This document shows, piece after piece, positions 30,968 to 42,765 of a DNA stretch of 64,000 nt. A program made the position numbers and the translations under genes. This DNA comes from an uncultured Acidobacteriota bacterium (GTDB lineage: Bacteria > Acidobacteriota > Terriglobia > UBA7540). The stretch spans positions 160,001 through 224,000 of the forward strand of contig CAWDSK010000001.1 of assembly GCA_963804995.1 (NCBI GenBank), written 5' to 3'. Position 1 is the stretch's first letter; each line of letters starts with the position of its first letter. Under the pieces are notes generated by a model. That model had not been told where the DNA came from. It saw only the letters and a list, made by a program, of their open reading frames with translations, and made no database searches.

Positions 30968-32681
30968 CTAGCGTACCTCAAAACTCGCCGTAGGGCTAAG
31001 ACTTTGTTTGCGGACGTTGTCCGTGATCTTAATCTGCACCGTGTACTTGCCTGGCTGAAGGGCAGTCAGGGGCATGGTCTTTTCGACTGTGAACTGCTGC
31101 GATACCTTCACCAGATTCTTGGGGTCCTCGGGTTGATCCAAAATAGGCTTCCCGTCTTTCAGGATGACGTACTGGACGTCCAAGGAGGACTTGTGCGTTT
31201 TCTCGTCGACCGCCAGATTATACACCTGCATGTAAATCCCCAGCTTCTGGTCGTGAGTGAAGGCGCTGCCGACGCTGGGACGGACCTTGGTCCCCCCAAT
31301 CACAAACATGCCGGATCCCACCTGGCTGGTCGGGAGGGGCTGGATCAGGTCGGCCAGGATCAAGGAGCTGTTGGTGAGCTTATCGTCTTCGTAGCGGGGC
31401 ACAATGATACCGATCTCCATGGACCCCATGTGACCATTCAAGTCGTCCTTCAAAACCAAGGTCAGCTTGTAACGGCCGGGCTTGAGGGGTATGTCTTCCT
31501 GATACACCGACTTGTGGTCCTGATAGCGCTGGAACTCATGTTCCGGGACATCCAGCACCAGGCTCTTTTCAAAGGTATTAACGATGCGCCCGCCCAGGCT
31601 GGAAATCTCGCCGAAGATATCCACCACCCCGTGCATGACCCCGTCCTTGTTCTGGAACTGCAGATCGCCGTTATTTATCTGGATGGTAATGGGGGTGAGG
31701 ACGGTTTCCTCCGTCACGCGGATAAAATCCTCACGCACGTCAAAGGGCAGCAGTTGAGCCGAGAGTTTGGAGGTGACCACCGCTTTCAGGTCCTTGAATT
31801 TTACCGGAGGAGGTCTGAAGATCTTGGCAAAGAGATCGAGGCGGGTGAACTCTTCCATGCTCTCCGGTGTGGCGCCCTGCATGGACCCGAGCGTCATACC
31901 GTCGGTGCGGGTAAAGCGGTCCTGCTTGGATCTCCCACCCGATAGACCCATCTGCTCCGCCATGGTCAGGCCGGCGCCGGGGACGTAGAGCAAGGCGTCC
32001 TTTTCACCGGGGTCCATGGTGAGATGGAACTCACCGGTCATGGTGGTATCGACAAATTCCAGAATGATGTTCGTGCCGATACCATCGATGTAGCGGTAGC
32101 GCCACTGCTCGAAGGGATAGGTCTCCGTCGAAACCGCCGCCTTCTTCGAAGGGCCTTTGGTAGCTGCCGCCACTGGGGTGGGATTCGATTTCGTCGGGCG
32201 GGCCCCACATGATGTAAATGCGGCCGCGATCCGCCTTCCAGCCGGGGATACCGGAAGCATAATGCTCATTGGCGTATGCAATGCGCCGGTAATATTCCTC
32301 TTTGAATTCGTTTTCGGGGCTGCTGGGGTTGGGATTGCGACGCTCCCAGAAACCCTCAATGAATTGTTCGCGTTCATCGTCGGTACTGAGCTTCTTGAAA
32401 GATGCCCGTTCTTCGTCCGTGATAATGTAGGGCACTTCCTCGGAGAGCCACTTCTTGTAAGGACTCTCCATTTCTTTCTGAATCGCCTTCTGACGCCGCT
32501 TCTCCTCTTTGCTCACCTTCTCGGGGCTGGGGGTCTTTTCCTGCTCCTTGTCCTTGGGAGACGCGGCCGTTAAGGCCACCCAGCATGTGCCCAGAACGAC
32601 CGCGGTAAGAATCCACAGGGCTCCGCGGCTCATCCAAGAAAGACAGGCTGAACGAACTGCATGTTTCGACACTTTACCCAC
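30968..32681 (-). pseudogene. GWxTD domain protein, frameshifted near 32132 (real lesion or sequencing error)
   Basis: [38 protein letters not shown] in one frame and [10 protein letters not shown] onward in another; one-base removal restores EEGGGSTETYPF. Confidence 0.85.
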
Positions 32682-32864
32682 CCTCTACACCATGGCGTAC
32701 CTAGGGATTCTATTTTTGTGATATCGGAAAGTCAAGCCTGCACCTCGTGGCTTCAGCTTTCTCTACCCCCTGACCTGGACCTTCCTTAGATGCATCCCGG
32801 ACAGGAAGGGTAGCCTTTCCCTCCCTTGCAACCTGATGCGCTCATACAACCTTCCAGTCGAGAC

Positions 32865-32890
32865 GAAACTCTCACAGGTATCGAGCGTCT
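32865..32890 (+). promoter_or_regulatory. ECF-sigma-like promoter
   Basis: GAAAC-N16-CGTCT. Confidence 0.4.
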
Positions 32891-33575
32891 CATAGGAAGA
32901 GCGCTGCGGGAAGAGGGTTGCCTGGGGTCCATCCTGCGGCTTTGTCGTCGGATATCAAAGTGTTGCTAACCCCCTCATCCCTGGGACGTTCCCCCCTTTT
33001 ACGTGGGGGAGACTCGTTTGATTTTAGGCCTCAGTCGATGCGGTGGCGAAGGGAGGTGGATGGGATCGGACTGGGTGCGGCAATGTGACCGTCCAGCGTA
33101 ACTTATGGGACGCTCCCCCCAATCCGCACGGATGAACATCGGAACTCAAGGCGGCTACCGAAGGCCAGAAACAGTTGGGAATACGGGCGAATTGTCTGCC
33201 CCGAGATTCTTGTTCTTCAGGCTCTAATAAAGGGCTAAAATGCTCTTTGATTAGCTACTGGTAGCTTTTCAAGCATGGATCTTGCGGCCTGTGCTGGGGA
33301 TTAGCCTTTTATCCATTTTACTTGCTTCACACGGCAGGGAAAGGCAAGTTAAACCCACGAGCTCCGTTAGGCATCCTCGCTGTTGGCCACCTGAGCGCCA
33401 GAGTTTTTGACGAAACTTTCGAAACTCAAACAGCGTATTAGTCTTGGGAGCAGAAAACGGGGTGTCCCGAAGAGCCGGCAAGTTGGTTGCTCGGGAAGGG
33501 CGCGCGCATTACCTCCACGCCTGCAAAGATAACCTGATACCCTTTGGCACCTGCGAAGAGCGAGAGGAGTGCTCC

Positions 33576-35123
33576 ATGGCACAAATCAAGGAGCTGGAAA
33601 TGGGGAAAATCAGTAGCCCCACCTGGGAAGAGAAGCCTGGGCCGGTTCCACCCCGGCACCGCAACGGGACAGGCATGAAACGCTGGAAGAAAGTTGCCCT
33701 GCTGAGTGTAGGCGCCGCCGCGGTCATTGGATTGGCTGTTGGGGGAGTCGTGTGGAGCAGGCGGGGCGTGGTGACCGTGCAGACAGGAAAGGTCCAACGC
33801 CAGGATTTGACCCAGGTCGTCACGGCCAATGGCGAGGTCAAGCCCCTGCAGCAAAACCAGGCCAACGTGAACGCCAATTCCACGGGAAGGGTTACCGAAA
33901 TCCTGGTGAAGGAAGGCGACCACGTCACCAAGGGCCAGCTTCTGATGCGGACCGAGGACGTCCAGCAGGCGGCCGGCGTGGAAGCTCAGCAGGCAGCGGT
34001 CAAAACTTCGGAAGCGGATATTTCGGCGCAAGACGCCAATGTGCAGTCAGCCAAGGCGGCTCTCGAAACCGCCCAGGCGGACTTGGCACAGGCGATAGCC
34101 AAGCAGAATCAAGCCACTGAAAATTTCAAACGTGGCCAGGAACTCTTCAAGGCCAAATTGCTTTCCCAGCAAGACTTCGATACCCGGCTGAGCGACTACC
34201 GGGTAGCCCAGACGGGCAAGGATTCTGCCGAAGCAAGGGTGGCCCAGGCCAAGGCCCAGTACCAGCAGGCAGTGTACAACCGTGACATGGCCCGGGCCAG
34301 GGTGGGGCAGGCCAAGGCCCAACTTCTTGGCATTCAGAACCAACTGGCTCAAACCATCTACAAATCCCCACTCAACGGGATCGTAACTTCACTCCCGGTG
34401 CACTTGGGTGAAAACGTAGTTCCGGGCATCCAAAACGCCGTAGGCAGCTTGTTGTATCAGGTCTCAAACCTTTCGATTATGACGGTCGAAGTCAAAGTGG
34501 ATGAAACTGACATCCCCAACGTGAAGCTGGGGCAATCAGCAGATGTGTTGATTGATGCTTTTCCCAATAAAACCTTCAAGGGTCACGTGACCCAAATTGG
34601 CGAAAGCGCCGTGGGACGTAATACCGGGACAACCAGCGGTGCGAGTGCGGCAGCGACCACCTCTGACGAAGCGAAGGACTTTAAAGTGGTCGTTACCATC
34701 GATAACCCGCCACCCAGTCTCCGGCCGGGCCTATCCGGTACCGCAAAGATCACGACTGCGACCCGGCAGAATGCCGTGACCGTGCCGATTCAAGCCGTGA
34801 CGGTGCGCATGCGGCGTGAACTAGAAGAACCCAAAAACAAATCGGGCAAAGTCGAAGCGGCAAACGACAAGCCGCTTACAGCGAAGGAGAAAGAGGCTGC
34901 CAAAGAAGAGTTGCAGGGAGTTTTCGCGGTGCGAAATGGCAAAGCAGTCTTCGTCCCCATTGAGAGCGGCATCATGGGCTCTACGGACATGGAGATCCTG
35001 AAGGGCGTCCAACCCGGGGACGAAATCGTAACCGGCAGTTTCAGCGTCCTGCGCACCCTAAAAAACAACACGAAGGTGAAAATCGATAACAGCGTCAAGA
35101 CCCCGAATGGGCCAGCAGCCTGA
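33576..35123 (+). CDS. MacA/HlyD-type periplasmic adaptor subunit
   Basis: TM anchor, [13 protein letters not shown], long coiled coil, VDETDI; GAGGAG RBS. Confidence 0.92.
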   Translation: MAQIKELEMGKISSPTWEEKPGPVPPRHRNGTGMKRWKKVALLSVGAAAVIGLAVGGVVWSRRGVVTVQTGKVQRQDLTQVVTANGEVKPLQQNQANVNANSTGRVTEILVKEGDHVTKGQLLMRTEDVQQAAGVEAQQAAVKTSEADISAQDANVQSAKAALETAQADLAQAIAKQNQATENFKRGQELFKAKLLSQQDFDTRLSDYRVAQTGKDSAEARVAQAKAQYQQAVYNRDMARARVGQAKAQLLGIQNQLAQTIYKSPLNGIVTSLPVHLGENVVPGIQNAVGSLLYQVSNLSIMTVEVKVDETDIPNVKLGQSADVLIDAFPNKTFKGHVTQIGESAVGRNTGTTSGASAAATTSDEAKDFKVVVTIDNPPPSLRPGLSGTAKITTATRQNAVTVPIQAVTVRMRRELEEPKNKSGKVEAANDKPLTAKEKEAAKEELQGVFAVRNGKAVFVPIESGIMGSTDMEILKGVQPGDEIVTGSFSVLRTLKNNTKVKIDNSVKTPNGPAA

Positions 35124-35218
35124 TCACACACCTGCTCCGGCGAGCCATTGACAGGTCGCCGGGAGGAACTTGGCTGGCGCCCAGTGGTCGATGCCAGCCA
35201 GACAAATCAGGAGTTTGG

Positions 35219-35989
35219 ATGTCTGAGGAAAGGGACAGGCGAACCCCTATGGCGACTCAATTGGCCGCATCCCCCTTACAGGAAACTCTGGCGCCACCGG
35301 ATGGCGTGATCATCAAGACGGAAAACCTCTGGAAGACCTACGACATGGGTGAGGCCATCCAGGTACACGCCCTCAGTGGCGTTTCGTTCGAGATCGATCG
35401 GGGAGAGTACGTTGCCATCATGGGACCTTCCGGCTCCGGCAAATCCACCCTGATGAACCTGATCGGCTGCCTGGATACCCCCACGAGCGGGACCTACTGG
35501 CTGAACAAGCGCCTGGTGAGCGAGCTTTCTGACGACGAGCTGGCCTACATCCGCAATAGGGAAATCGGGTTCGTCTTTCAGACCTTCAACCTATTGTCAC
35601 GCGCCAGCGCTCTGCACAATGTAGAACTGCCTCTCATCTACAGCGGGATGCCGGCGAAGGACCGTTTGGAAAGGGCTGAGGACGCGCTCCGCAAGGTGGA
35701 TTTAGCCGACCGCATGCACCATAAGCCCAATGAACTCTCCGGAGGCCAGCGTCAACGCGTGGCCGTGGCTCGCGCGCTGGTGAACAACCCTTCCATCATC
35801 CTGGCCGACGAGCCCACCGGCAATCTCGATTCCGCCACGGGTGAAGAAATCATGGGCCTTTTTGAGCGCCTGCACCAAGCCGGCAACACCCTGGTGCTAG
35901 TGACCCACGAACACGATATTGCCGCTCATGCCCATCGCATCATTCACGTTCGCGACGGCCGCATCGAGCGGGATGAAAAGGTTGGCTAG
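35219..35989 (+). CDS. MacB/LolD-type ABC ATPase
   Basis: [26 protein letters not shown]. Confidence 0.95.
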   Translation: MSEERDRRTPMATQLAASPLQETLAPPDGVIIKTENLWKTYDMGEAIQVHALSGVSFEIDRGEYVAIMGPSGSGKSTLMNLIGCLDTPTSGTYWLNKRLVSELSDDELAYIRNREIGFVFQTFNLLSRASALHNVELPLIYSGMPAKDRLERAEDALRKVDLADRMHHKPNELSGGQRQRVAVARALVNNPSIILADEPTGNLDSATGEEIMGLFERLHQAGNTLVLVTHEHDIAAHAHRIIHVRDGRIERDEKVG

Positions 35990-36024
35990 TCCGCCGGCAT
36001 GGCCGCCGGAAAAAAGGAAGACGC

Positions 36025-37317
36025 TTGGCATCCATCAGCCAAACCGCTTCACTCCCCCGCGGGCTCGCGACGCGGCGGACCGCCGGGGCGTGGGTAACCA
36101 TCCGCGAAGCCTTCTGGATCGCCCTCGAAGCCTTAAGGGCCCACAAGCTGCGTTCCTTCCTGACTCTGCTGGGCGTCGTCATCGCCACCACTACGCTAAT
36201 CGTCGTCATGTCGGTCATCAACGGCATGAATTCCTACATCGCCGATCGAATTGCCAACCTGGGCGCCAACACGTTTGTTCTCCACCAATATCAATGGGCG
36301 CAGGATTACGAGGCCTGGTTGAAAGCGCGGCGCCGCAACCAACCCATCCGCATTGAGGATTTTGATTTCCTCCAGGAGAACCTCCAAGGCTATAAAGCGA
36401 TGGGCGCGGAAGCCTGGATGTCGGGAGAAAGCGATGCCCATTACAAGGGCCATATCCTTTACGAAGTCAACCTGACGGGCGACACGCCCAACATGATTGA
36501 TATCGGCCAGGCCAAGGTGAGCATGGGCCGCTATTTCAACGAGACCGACTACCAGCACGAATCCCTGGTCTGCTTCATCGGCTCGGACCTGGTGGATGAG
36601 TTCTTCCCCACCGTCGACCCTATTGGCAAGGAAATCAGCGTGCGGGGCGCTAATTTCACCATCATCGGCATCGCGGCCAAGATGGGCTCGACTTTCGGTG
36701 AGAGCCAGGACAAGTTCGTGCAGATTCCCCTCACCGCGTTGCGTAAACTCTTCCAGGCCCGCCCGCAACTTGCCGTCAGCGTGCAGGCCTGGGATGCCCA
36801 GCAGATGATGATATTGGAAGACCAGGTCCGCGCCCTGATGCGTGCGCGGCGTCACGTGGCTTACAAAGATGATGACCCGTTCGGCATCAATGCCTCGGAA
36901 ACCATCATGGCGACCTGGAAAATGCTGACCGGGTCTATTTTTGCCGTCACCATCGGCATCGTAGCGGTCTTCATGGTGGTGGGCGGCATCGTGATCATGA
37001 ACATTATGCTGGCCAGCGTTACCGAGCGGACGCATGAGATCGGAATCCGCAAATCGCTGGGAGCCCGCCGCCGCGACATCCTGATGCAATTTGTCATCGA
37101 GTCCAGTGTGATGGCTTGCACAGGCGGGGGCGTGGGAGTTTTGCTCGCCCTCATCATCAGCAAGATTGTGGATTATTTCTTCACGTCCTCGGTGCCGTTG
37201 AGCGCCGTGATCGTGGGGCTGTTCCTCTCTACGGCCGTAGGGCTCTTCTTTGGGATTTACCCGGCCAGTCAGGCCGCCAAACTCGATCCCATCGAAGCCC
37301 TGCGCACGGAGAACTGA
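36025..37317 (+). CDS. MacB/FtsX-type ABC permease
   Basis: LRSFLTLLGVVI, VGGIVIMNIMLASVTERTHEIGIRK. Confidence 0.93.
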   Translation: MASISQTASLPRGLATRRTAGAWVTIREAFWIALEALRAHKLRSFLTLLGVVIATTTLIVVMSVINGMNSYIADRIANLGANTFVLHQYQWAQDYEAWLKARRRNQPIRIEDFDFLQENLQGYKAMGAEAWMSGESDAHYKGHILYEVNLTGDTPNMIDIGQAKVSMGRYFNETDYQHESLVCFIGSDLVDEFFPTVDPIGKEISVRGANFTIIGIAAKMGSTFGESQDKFVQIPLTALRKLFQARPQLAVSVQAWDAQQMMILEDQVRALMRARRHVAYKDDDPFGINASETIMATWKMLTGSIFAVTIGIVAVFMVVGGIVIMNIMLASVTERTHEIGIRKSLGARRRDILMQFVIESSVMACTGGGVGVLLALIISKIVDYFFTSSVPLSAVIVGLFLSTAVGLFFGIYPASQAAKLDPIEALRTEN

Positions 37318-37319
37318 GC

Positions 37320-38570
37320 ATGGTAACTGCGCGTGGCCACAATATCCGCGAAAATCTCCTGCTGGCGCTGGACACGCTGCGGACCCACAAGTTTCGCGCC
37401 TTCCTGACGGTCCTGGGAGTCTTGATTGGCACCATGACGGTGATCGGAGTGGCCTCCATCTTCAACGGGCTGGACCGGCAAGTGGTCGATGTCGCCCAGG
37501 GCTTCGGCACCAACACGCTTTTCATCTTCAAGTGGGATCCCGGCATCAAGTTCAACGTGACGCGTGAGGAGTGGCGCCGCAAGGAATTGACCTACGACGA
37601 CGCCGTCGCCATCCGGGAGAACTGCCCTTCCGTGAAAACAGTGTCGGCGCGGCTGCTGCGATTCTCCAACGCCGTGGTGTCCAAGTATAAAGGCCAGGAA
37701 ATGGTGGACACCAACTTCAACGGGGTGACGTCGGAGTATTTCGACAACGGAAACTTCGAACTGGCCGACGGCCATCTTTTCACCAACATTGATAGCCTGC
37801 ACCGGCGAGACGTGGGTGTGATCGGCGCTGACATCGTCCTACGCTTTTTCCAGGGCGAAGACCCCATCGGAAAAGTCATCACCGTGGATGGAAAATCCGT
37901 GGAGGTCATCGGAACCCTCAAGAAGGGAAAGAACATTGCCGGTGGTGACAACGGCTTTGACCGTTTCGTCTGGGTTCCTTACTTCACTTATAAAAAGTAT
38001 TACCCCCAGGCGAAAGAGAACTTCATCACCGCGGAAGCCGAGCCGGGAAGACTGGACGAGGCCCGGGATGAAGTCCGCAGTCTGCTGCGCCGGCGGCGCA
38101 GGGTGAAATTCTCCGACCCCGATAATTTCGGTGTTTCCAGCGCCGAGGCTTTGATCACACAGTTCCGTGACATCATGGGAACCGTTGTCCTCGTGACCAT
38201 GGTGATCTCCTCCATCGGCCTCATGGTGGGAGGAATTGGCGTTATGAACATCATGCTGGTGTCGGTCACCGAGCGGACGCGCGAAATCGGTGTACGCAAA
38301 GCCATTGGTGCGCGCCGCAGCGACATAACCTGGCAGTTCCTGCTCGAAGCCATGACCTTGACGGGCGCCGGGGGCATATTGGGGATCCTGTCGGGCTGTA
38401 CCCTCAGCTTGCTCATCCGCGCCCTGGTTCCCAGCTTGCCCTCGACGGTGCCCCTGTGGGCCATCGTCACCGGCTTTGCCGTTTCCGTCAGCATCGGACT
38501 GTTCTTCGGCATGTGGCCTGCCCTCAAGGCCTCCCGCCTCGATCCCATCGTGGCCTTGCGGCACGAATAG
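37320..38570 (+). CDS. MacB/FtsX-type ABC permease
   Basis: FRAFLTVLGVLIG, GGIGVMNIMLVSVTERTREIGVRKAIGA. Confidence 0.93.
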   Translation: MVTARGHNIRENLLLALDTLRTHKFRAFLTVLGVLIGTMTVIGVASIFNGLDRQVVDVAQGFGTNTLFIFKWDPGIKFNVTREEWRRKELTYDDAVAIRENCPSVKTVSARLLRFSNAVVSKYKGQEMVDTNFNGVTSEYFDNGNFELADGHLFTNIDSLHRRDVGVIGADIVLRFFQGEDPIGKVITVDGKSVEVIGTLKKGKNIAGGDNGFDRFVWVPYFTYKKYYPQAKENFITAEAEPGRLDEARDEVRSLLRRRRRVKFSDPDNFGVSSAEALITQFRDIMGTVVLVTMVISSIGLMVGGIGVMNIMLVSVTERTREIGVRKAIGARRSDITWQFLLEAMTLTGAGGILGILSGCTLSLLIRALVPSLPSTVPLWAIVTGFAVSVSIGLFFGMWPALKASRLDPIVALRHE

Positions 38571-38674
38571 ACAACAATGGTTCAACCCGTGAGGTCGTAG
38601 GAAACCAAGGCGCCGAGGGGTGTCGGGTGAGCTGAAGGGAGCTCATGGGGGGAGGACCCTCGGCGCCAGGGAAA

Positions 38675-39211
38675 CTAGGCAAAGATGAGAAAACCTACAT
38701 AGCCGAGGCCGGCACCCAGAAGCGCGCCGGCCACAACATCACTCAAGAAGTGCATTCCCAGGACAATCCGCGAAGTGGCCACGCTGAACGCGCAGAAAAG
38801 CAGCGCGCCCAGGAACAACGGATAGAAACTCCCCACCGCAAACGTAAAGGCGAAGGCTGTGATGGTATGGCCAGAGGGGAATGAAAACTGGTCGGGCGGC
38901 AGCAACGTCGCCCAGCAATGAGGCTCAAGCGCGTTTGGGCGCTTGCGCCCGGTTACTTTCTTCAGAATGAGGAAGAGAATTGCCCCAACTACGCAGGCCG
39001 TCCATGCGGCCGCCACTGCGGCCAGGCGCGAAGGGCCGCGGTAAACCAGGATGAGTGCGGTCAAACCGTACCAGAGCCAGCCATCGCCGCCGCGTGTCGC
39101 GTAAATCATCCACAGCCGGAACCAACGAGGTGGGCGCCAACGGTGCACGCGCCGCATCAGGCGATGGTCACGCGTCGCGATGTAATCGAGCATGTGGCCG
39201 GGGAGCGTCAT
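38675..39211 (-). CDS. PAP2 family phosphatase
   Basis: KKVTGRKRP, FPSGH, SRIVLGMHFLSD; ATGA-coupled to the PHP gene. Confidence 0.9.
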   Translation of the reverse strand: MTLPGHMLDYIATRDHRLMRRVHRWRPPRWFRLWMIYATRGGDGWLWYGLTALILVYRGPSRLAAVAAAWTACVVGAILFLILKKVTGRKRPNALEPHCWATLLPPDQFSFPSGHTITAFAFTFAVGSFYPLFLGALLFCAFSVATSRIVLGMHFLSDVVAGALLGAGLGYVGFLIFA

Positions 39212-40095
39212 GCCGTCGCCTCCCCGGACGCTGCCCGCATGCCACCAGCGGAGGCGCCGGTCTCGAGGCCCCGCAACTGCTCCCAGCGCGGACCCCAACG
39301 CCGGGCGAACAGGTCTTCCATGCAATAATTGAGCATGGTCACGACAGGGACTGCCAACACCAAGGGAGCCAGAACTCGCGCCAACGGCTTCTCGTTGAGC
39401 AACGCACCGCAAATCTGCCAAACGTCGCGCGTCAGTTTCCAGAACCTACCTGATCCGCCTTCTACCCGGCCGCGTCCACGTCGCAGATCCTCGAGAAACT
39501 CCGCCTTATTGCGAGCGCCCTCAACGTACGTACAGGCAGTCCCCAGGGATTCGAGCGTGTGGGCGTCACTCCCGCCCAGCATGACCTTGCCGGAATACTC
39601 CGCCATTCGCCGGGCCAGGCGATTGCAGCGCTCAAGCACGTGCCCGTTGACGACTTCCACGGCCGGAAAAGCACTGTCCATCCAATCGAAGTCTTCGAGC
39701 GACCGGCGCCCGGTCAGTCCCGAGAAGGCGTGGTTCACACTGTAGAAAAGCTGCTGCGCATCGAGATATGCTACCAGGCGCGGCAGGTCGTTGCGCCGCC
39801 GCTGGATCTCCACATGCTGCCGCTCTGTAAGATCGTACACGCCGATGTGCAGCTCGTTGCCGTTCGGCATGCGGCAGGTTACTTCCTCGCTCAGGAAGAA
39901 ATCCTCGTGCCGGCGCAGGACTTCAGCGGCGTCAATGGAGTCGTGATCGGAAACCGTGACCAAGTTCATCCCCTTGCGTTTCAATTCCTGGTATACCGCC
40001 TCCGGGGGGCTGTAGCATTCGCGACAAAAGGCTTTCAGCACCGGCAGAGTACACATGCCGGAGTGGATCGTGTGAACATGAAGGTCACATCGCAC
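39208..40095 (-). CDS. PHP domain phosphoesterase
   Basis: DLHVHT, SDHD, NHAF, GGSDAH. Confidence 0.88.
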   Translation of the reverse strand: MRCDLHVHTIHSGMCTLPVLKAFCRECYSPPEAVYQELKRKGMNLVTVSDHDSIDAAEVLRRHEDFFLSEEVTCRMPNGNELHIGVYDLTERQHVEIQRRRNDLPRLVAYLDAQQLFYSVNHAFSGLTGRRSLEDFDWMDSAFPAVEVVNGHVLERCNRLARRMAEYSGKVMLGGSDAHTLESLGTACTYVEGARNKAEFLEDLRRGRGRVEGGSGRFWKLTRDVWQICGALLNEKPLARVLAPLVLAVPVVTMLNYCMEDLFARRWGPRWEQLRGLETGASAGGMRAASGEATA

Positions 40096-40100
40096 GTTCC

Positions 40101-40156
40101 AGAGTAGAAAACAATTGTTACAGGTGTTTATATTCGGAGTTAAATATTGATGAACA
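40101..40156 (-). promoter_or_regulatory. Pho-box-like repeats in the divergent PHP/glycosyltransferase promoter
   Basis: TTCAT (40150), TTAAC (40139), GTAAC (40117) in 11/22-bp register, 9 nt before TACTCT. Confidence 0.5.
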
Positions 40157-40205
40157 GTGTCTATTGCCTATTTACAAGATAGAAGAATTATGAAAACTTA
40201 AGAGC

Positions 40206-41387
40206 ATGATTAACGTCGACTTAATCTTCTTCGATGCGGGCGGTGGTCATCGCGCGGCCGCTGAGGCTCTCCGCCTGGTGATGAACGAGCAAGGGGAATG
40301 GAATGTCCGCCTGGTCAATCTCCAGGAGTTGATGGATCCGATCGACCTGACACGCAAATTGACCGGCCTGCGCACGCAGGATTTTTACAATCTGATGCTG
40401 AAAAAAGGCTGGACGCTGGGCACGACGCAATCCGTGCGTGTGCTGCAAGCCCTGATCCGCCTGCTGCACGGAAAGCAAGTTAGAATCCTGCAAGAGTTCT
40501 GGCACGGCAACCGGACGGACCTTGTGGTCTCCCTCGTTCCGCATTTCAACCGCGCGCTCCTGGACAGCCTGCGCCGCGTGTGGCCGGGGACGCCGTTCGT
40601 CACCCTCCTCACCGATTTCGCCGATATTCCCCCGCATTTCTGGATCGAGCCGCAGGAGCAGTATCTCATTTGCGGGACGGACCGCGCGGTCGAGCAGGCC
40701 CGCAGCCTGGGCCATGGCGACAACCGGATTTTTCAGACCTCCGGCATGATTCTGCACCCGCGGTTCTATCAGCCCATCGCCTGCGACCGGCGCGCGGAAC
40801 GGGAGCGCCGGGGGCTTGACCCCAACCTGCCAACCGGGCTTGTACTTTTCGGTGGGCAGGGTTCCGACACCATGCTCGAAATCGCCGAGCGCCTGGATGC
40901 TGCGCCACTGGATCTTCAACTCATCTTCATCTGCGGCCGAAACGAAAAGCTGGCGGCCGCTCTGCGGGGTCGCCCCAGCCGCCTGCGCCGCTTTGTGGAA
41001 AGCTTCACCAAGGAAGTCCCTGCTTACATGGTGCTTTCCGACTTCTTTATCGGCAAGCCCGGTCCCGGAAGCGTTAGCGAGGCACTGGCCATGCGGCTGC
41101 CCGTCATCGTCGAGCGTAACGGCTGGACGCTCCCACAGGAACGCTACAACGCCGAGTGGATTCTTGAAAAGCAAGTGGGGCTGGTGGTCCGTGGGCCGCG
41201 CGATATCCCCGCGGCGGTTAAGTTGCTGCTCGAACCTGCCAACCTGGCGCGTTTCCGAGCCAATACGGCGGCCATCAAAAATCGGGCGGTCTACGAGATT
41301 CCTGGAATCCTGCGCCGGATTGTGGAAGGAACATCCGATAGCGCCGCCGTCGAGCCCGAAAGATCATGGAGCGAACAGCGCGCGTAG
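40206..41387 (+). CDS. MGDG-synthase/UgtP-like GT28 glycosyltransferase
   Basis: [40 protein letters not shown]. Confidence 0.88.
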   Translation: MINVDLIFFDAGGGHRAAAEALRLVMNEQGEWNVRLVNLQELMDPIDLTRKLTGLRTQDFYNLMLKKGWTLGTTQSVRVLQALIRLLHGKQVRILQEFWHGNRTDLVVSLVPHFNRALLDSLRRVWPGTPFVTLLTDFADIPPHFWIEPQEQYLICGTDRAVEQARSLGHGDNRIFQTSGMILHPRFYQPIACDRRAERERRGLDPNLPTGLVLFGGQGSDTMLEIAERLDAAPLDLQLIFICGRNEKLAAALRGRPSRLRRFVESFTKEVPAYMVLSDFFIGKPGPGSVSEALAMRLPVIVERNGWTLPQERYNAEWILEKQVGLVVRGPRDIPAAVKLLLEPANLARFRANTAAIKNRAVYEIPGILRRIVEGTSDSAAVEPERSWSEQRA

Positions 41388-42446
41388 GCTGTCGATAAAG
41401 GGCGCGCGCGCCACACCCTTCTCAGTAATGATAGCCGTGATATAGCGCTGCGGGGTAACATCAAAGGCGGGATGCCGCGCTTCGACACCGGCGGGGGCGA
41501 TGTCCACTCCCGCCCAGCGAGTGACTTCCGCAGCAGACCGCTCTTCGATGGGGATCAGTTCTCCCGAAGCCAGGCTCATATCGATGGTCGAAAGCGGGGC
41601 GGCCACGTAAAAGGGGATGCTGTTCTCGCGGGCCAGCACGGCCACGCTATAGGTTCCGATTTTGTTGGCGGTGTCGCCATTCGCAGCGATGCGGTCCGCC
41701 CCCACGATGACGGCGCGAATCTCCCCCTGCTTCATGAAATGCCCCGCCATGTTATCCGTGATGATCGTAACCGGGATGTGATCTTTGTCGAGTTCCCAGG
41801 CTGTCAGCCGCGCGCCTTGCAGGAACGGACGAGTCTCATCGGCAAAAACCTTGAGCTTCTTCCCCGCTCCCACCGCGGCACGAATCACTCCCAGCGCCGT
41901 GCCGTAGCCCCCGGTCGCCAGCGCCCCCGCGTTGCAATGCGTAAGCACGGTTCCCGCATCCGGCATCAGGTCCGCACCGTGACGGCCCATGGCTTCGTTG
42001 ATGGCAATGTCCTCCGCCAGGATTCGCTGCGCCTCGGCTTCGAGCGTTTTCCGCACGGCGTCGAAACCTGTTGCATCGGCAGCGTGGCTTGACAGGGAAT
42101 TCTCAAAAACCGCGCGCATGCGCTTGCCCGCCCAGAACAGGTTGACGGCCGTGGGGCGCGTCTTTGAAATCGTCTCAGCGATGCGATCGAAGTCCGCACG
42201 TAACTCGGCCACATCCCTTGCTGCGGAATGCTTGATGCCCAGCGCCACGCCCATCGCGGCGGCCACACCAATTGCCGGCGCGCCGCGAATCACCAGGGAG
42301 CGAATCGCCTCCGCAACGTCGCGATAGTCGCTATAGGTCCGGTAAATCTCTTCCCCTGGCAGGCGCGTTTGGTCGATCATCCGCACGCCTTCCTCAGTCC
42401 ACTCGATGGTTTTGAACGCACCGCCCACTGCAATTGATTTCGTCAT
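41364..42446 (-). CDS. mtnA: Methylthioribose-1-phosphate isomerase
   Basis: [38 protein letters not shown]. Confidence 0.96.
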   Translation of the reverse strand: MTKSIAVGGAFKTIEWTEEGVRMIDQTRLPGEEIYRTYSDYRDVAEAIRSLVIRGAPAIGVAAAMGVALGIKHSAARDVAELRADFDRIAETISKTRPTAVNLFWAGKRMRAVFENSLSSHAADATGFDAVRKTLEAEAQRILAEDIAINEAMGRHGADLMPDAGTVLTHCNAGALATGGYGTALGVIRAAVGAGKKLKVFADETRPFLQGARLTAWELDKDHIPVTIITDNMAGHFMKQGEIRAVIVGADRIAANGDTANKIGTYSVAVLARENSIPFYVAAPLSTIDMSLASGELIPIEERSAAEVTRWAGVDIAPAGVEARHPAFDVTPQRYITAIITEKGVARAPFIDSLRALFAP

Positions 42447-42765
42447 AGGATCAAAAGATATCACACTCTTGCTCCCCTGCCTCGGGGGCAATCCCCTGCA
42501 GCTCCCTGGTAGAAGGTGGAAGGGAGTTTCCAATACAACAACCATGGCGACCTACAGTTACAGGCTGCCTGCACCCTTCGCGCTGGACCGCCTTTTCGAA
42601 TTTCGAGCGCCAGCAAAACTCCTTTTGGAGCACCAATGGCACCGGGCGTGCTGCCAACAGAGTGAGGCCGCATAGAGAAGGGTGAAAAGAGACATTTTGT
42701 CGTGTTTTCACCCTAGAGCCTCGTTGCTAGCACGAGTTTTACCGCTAATTTTTCCGGAGGGCTCC

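Noticed and set aside
42460..42700. SAM riboswitch upstream of mtnA
   Set aside because: SAM-I core motifs not found by eye; an Rfam scan would settle it.
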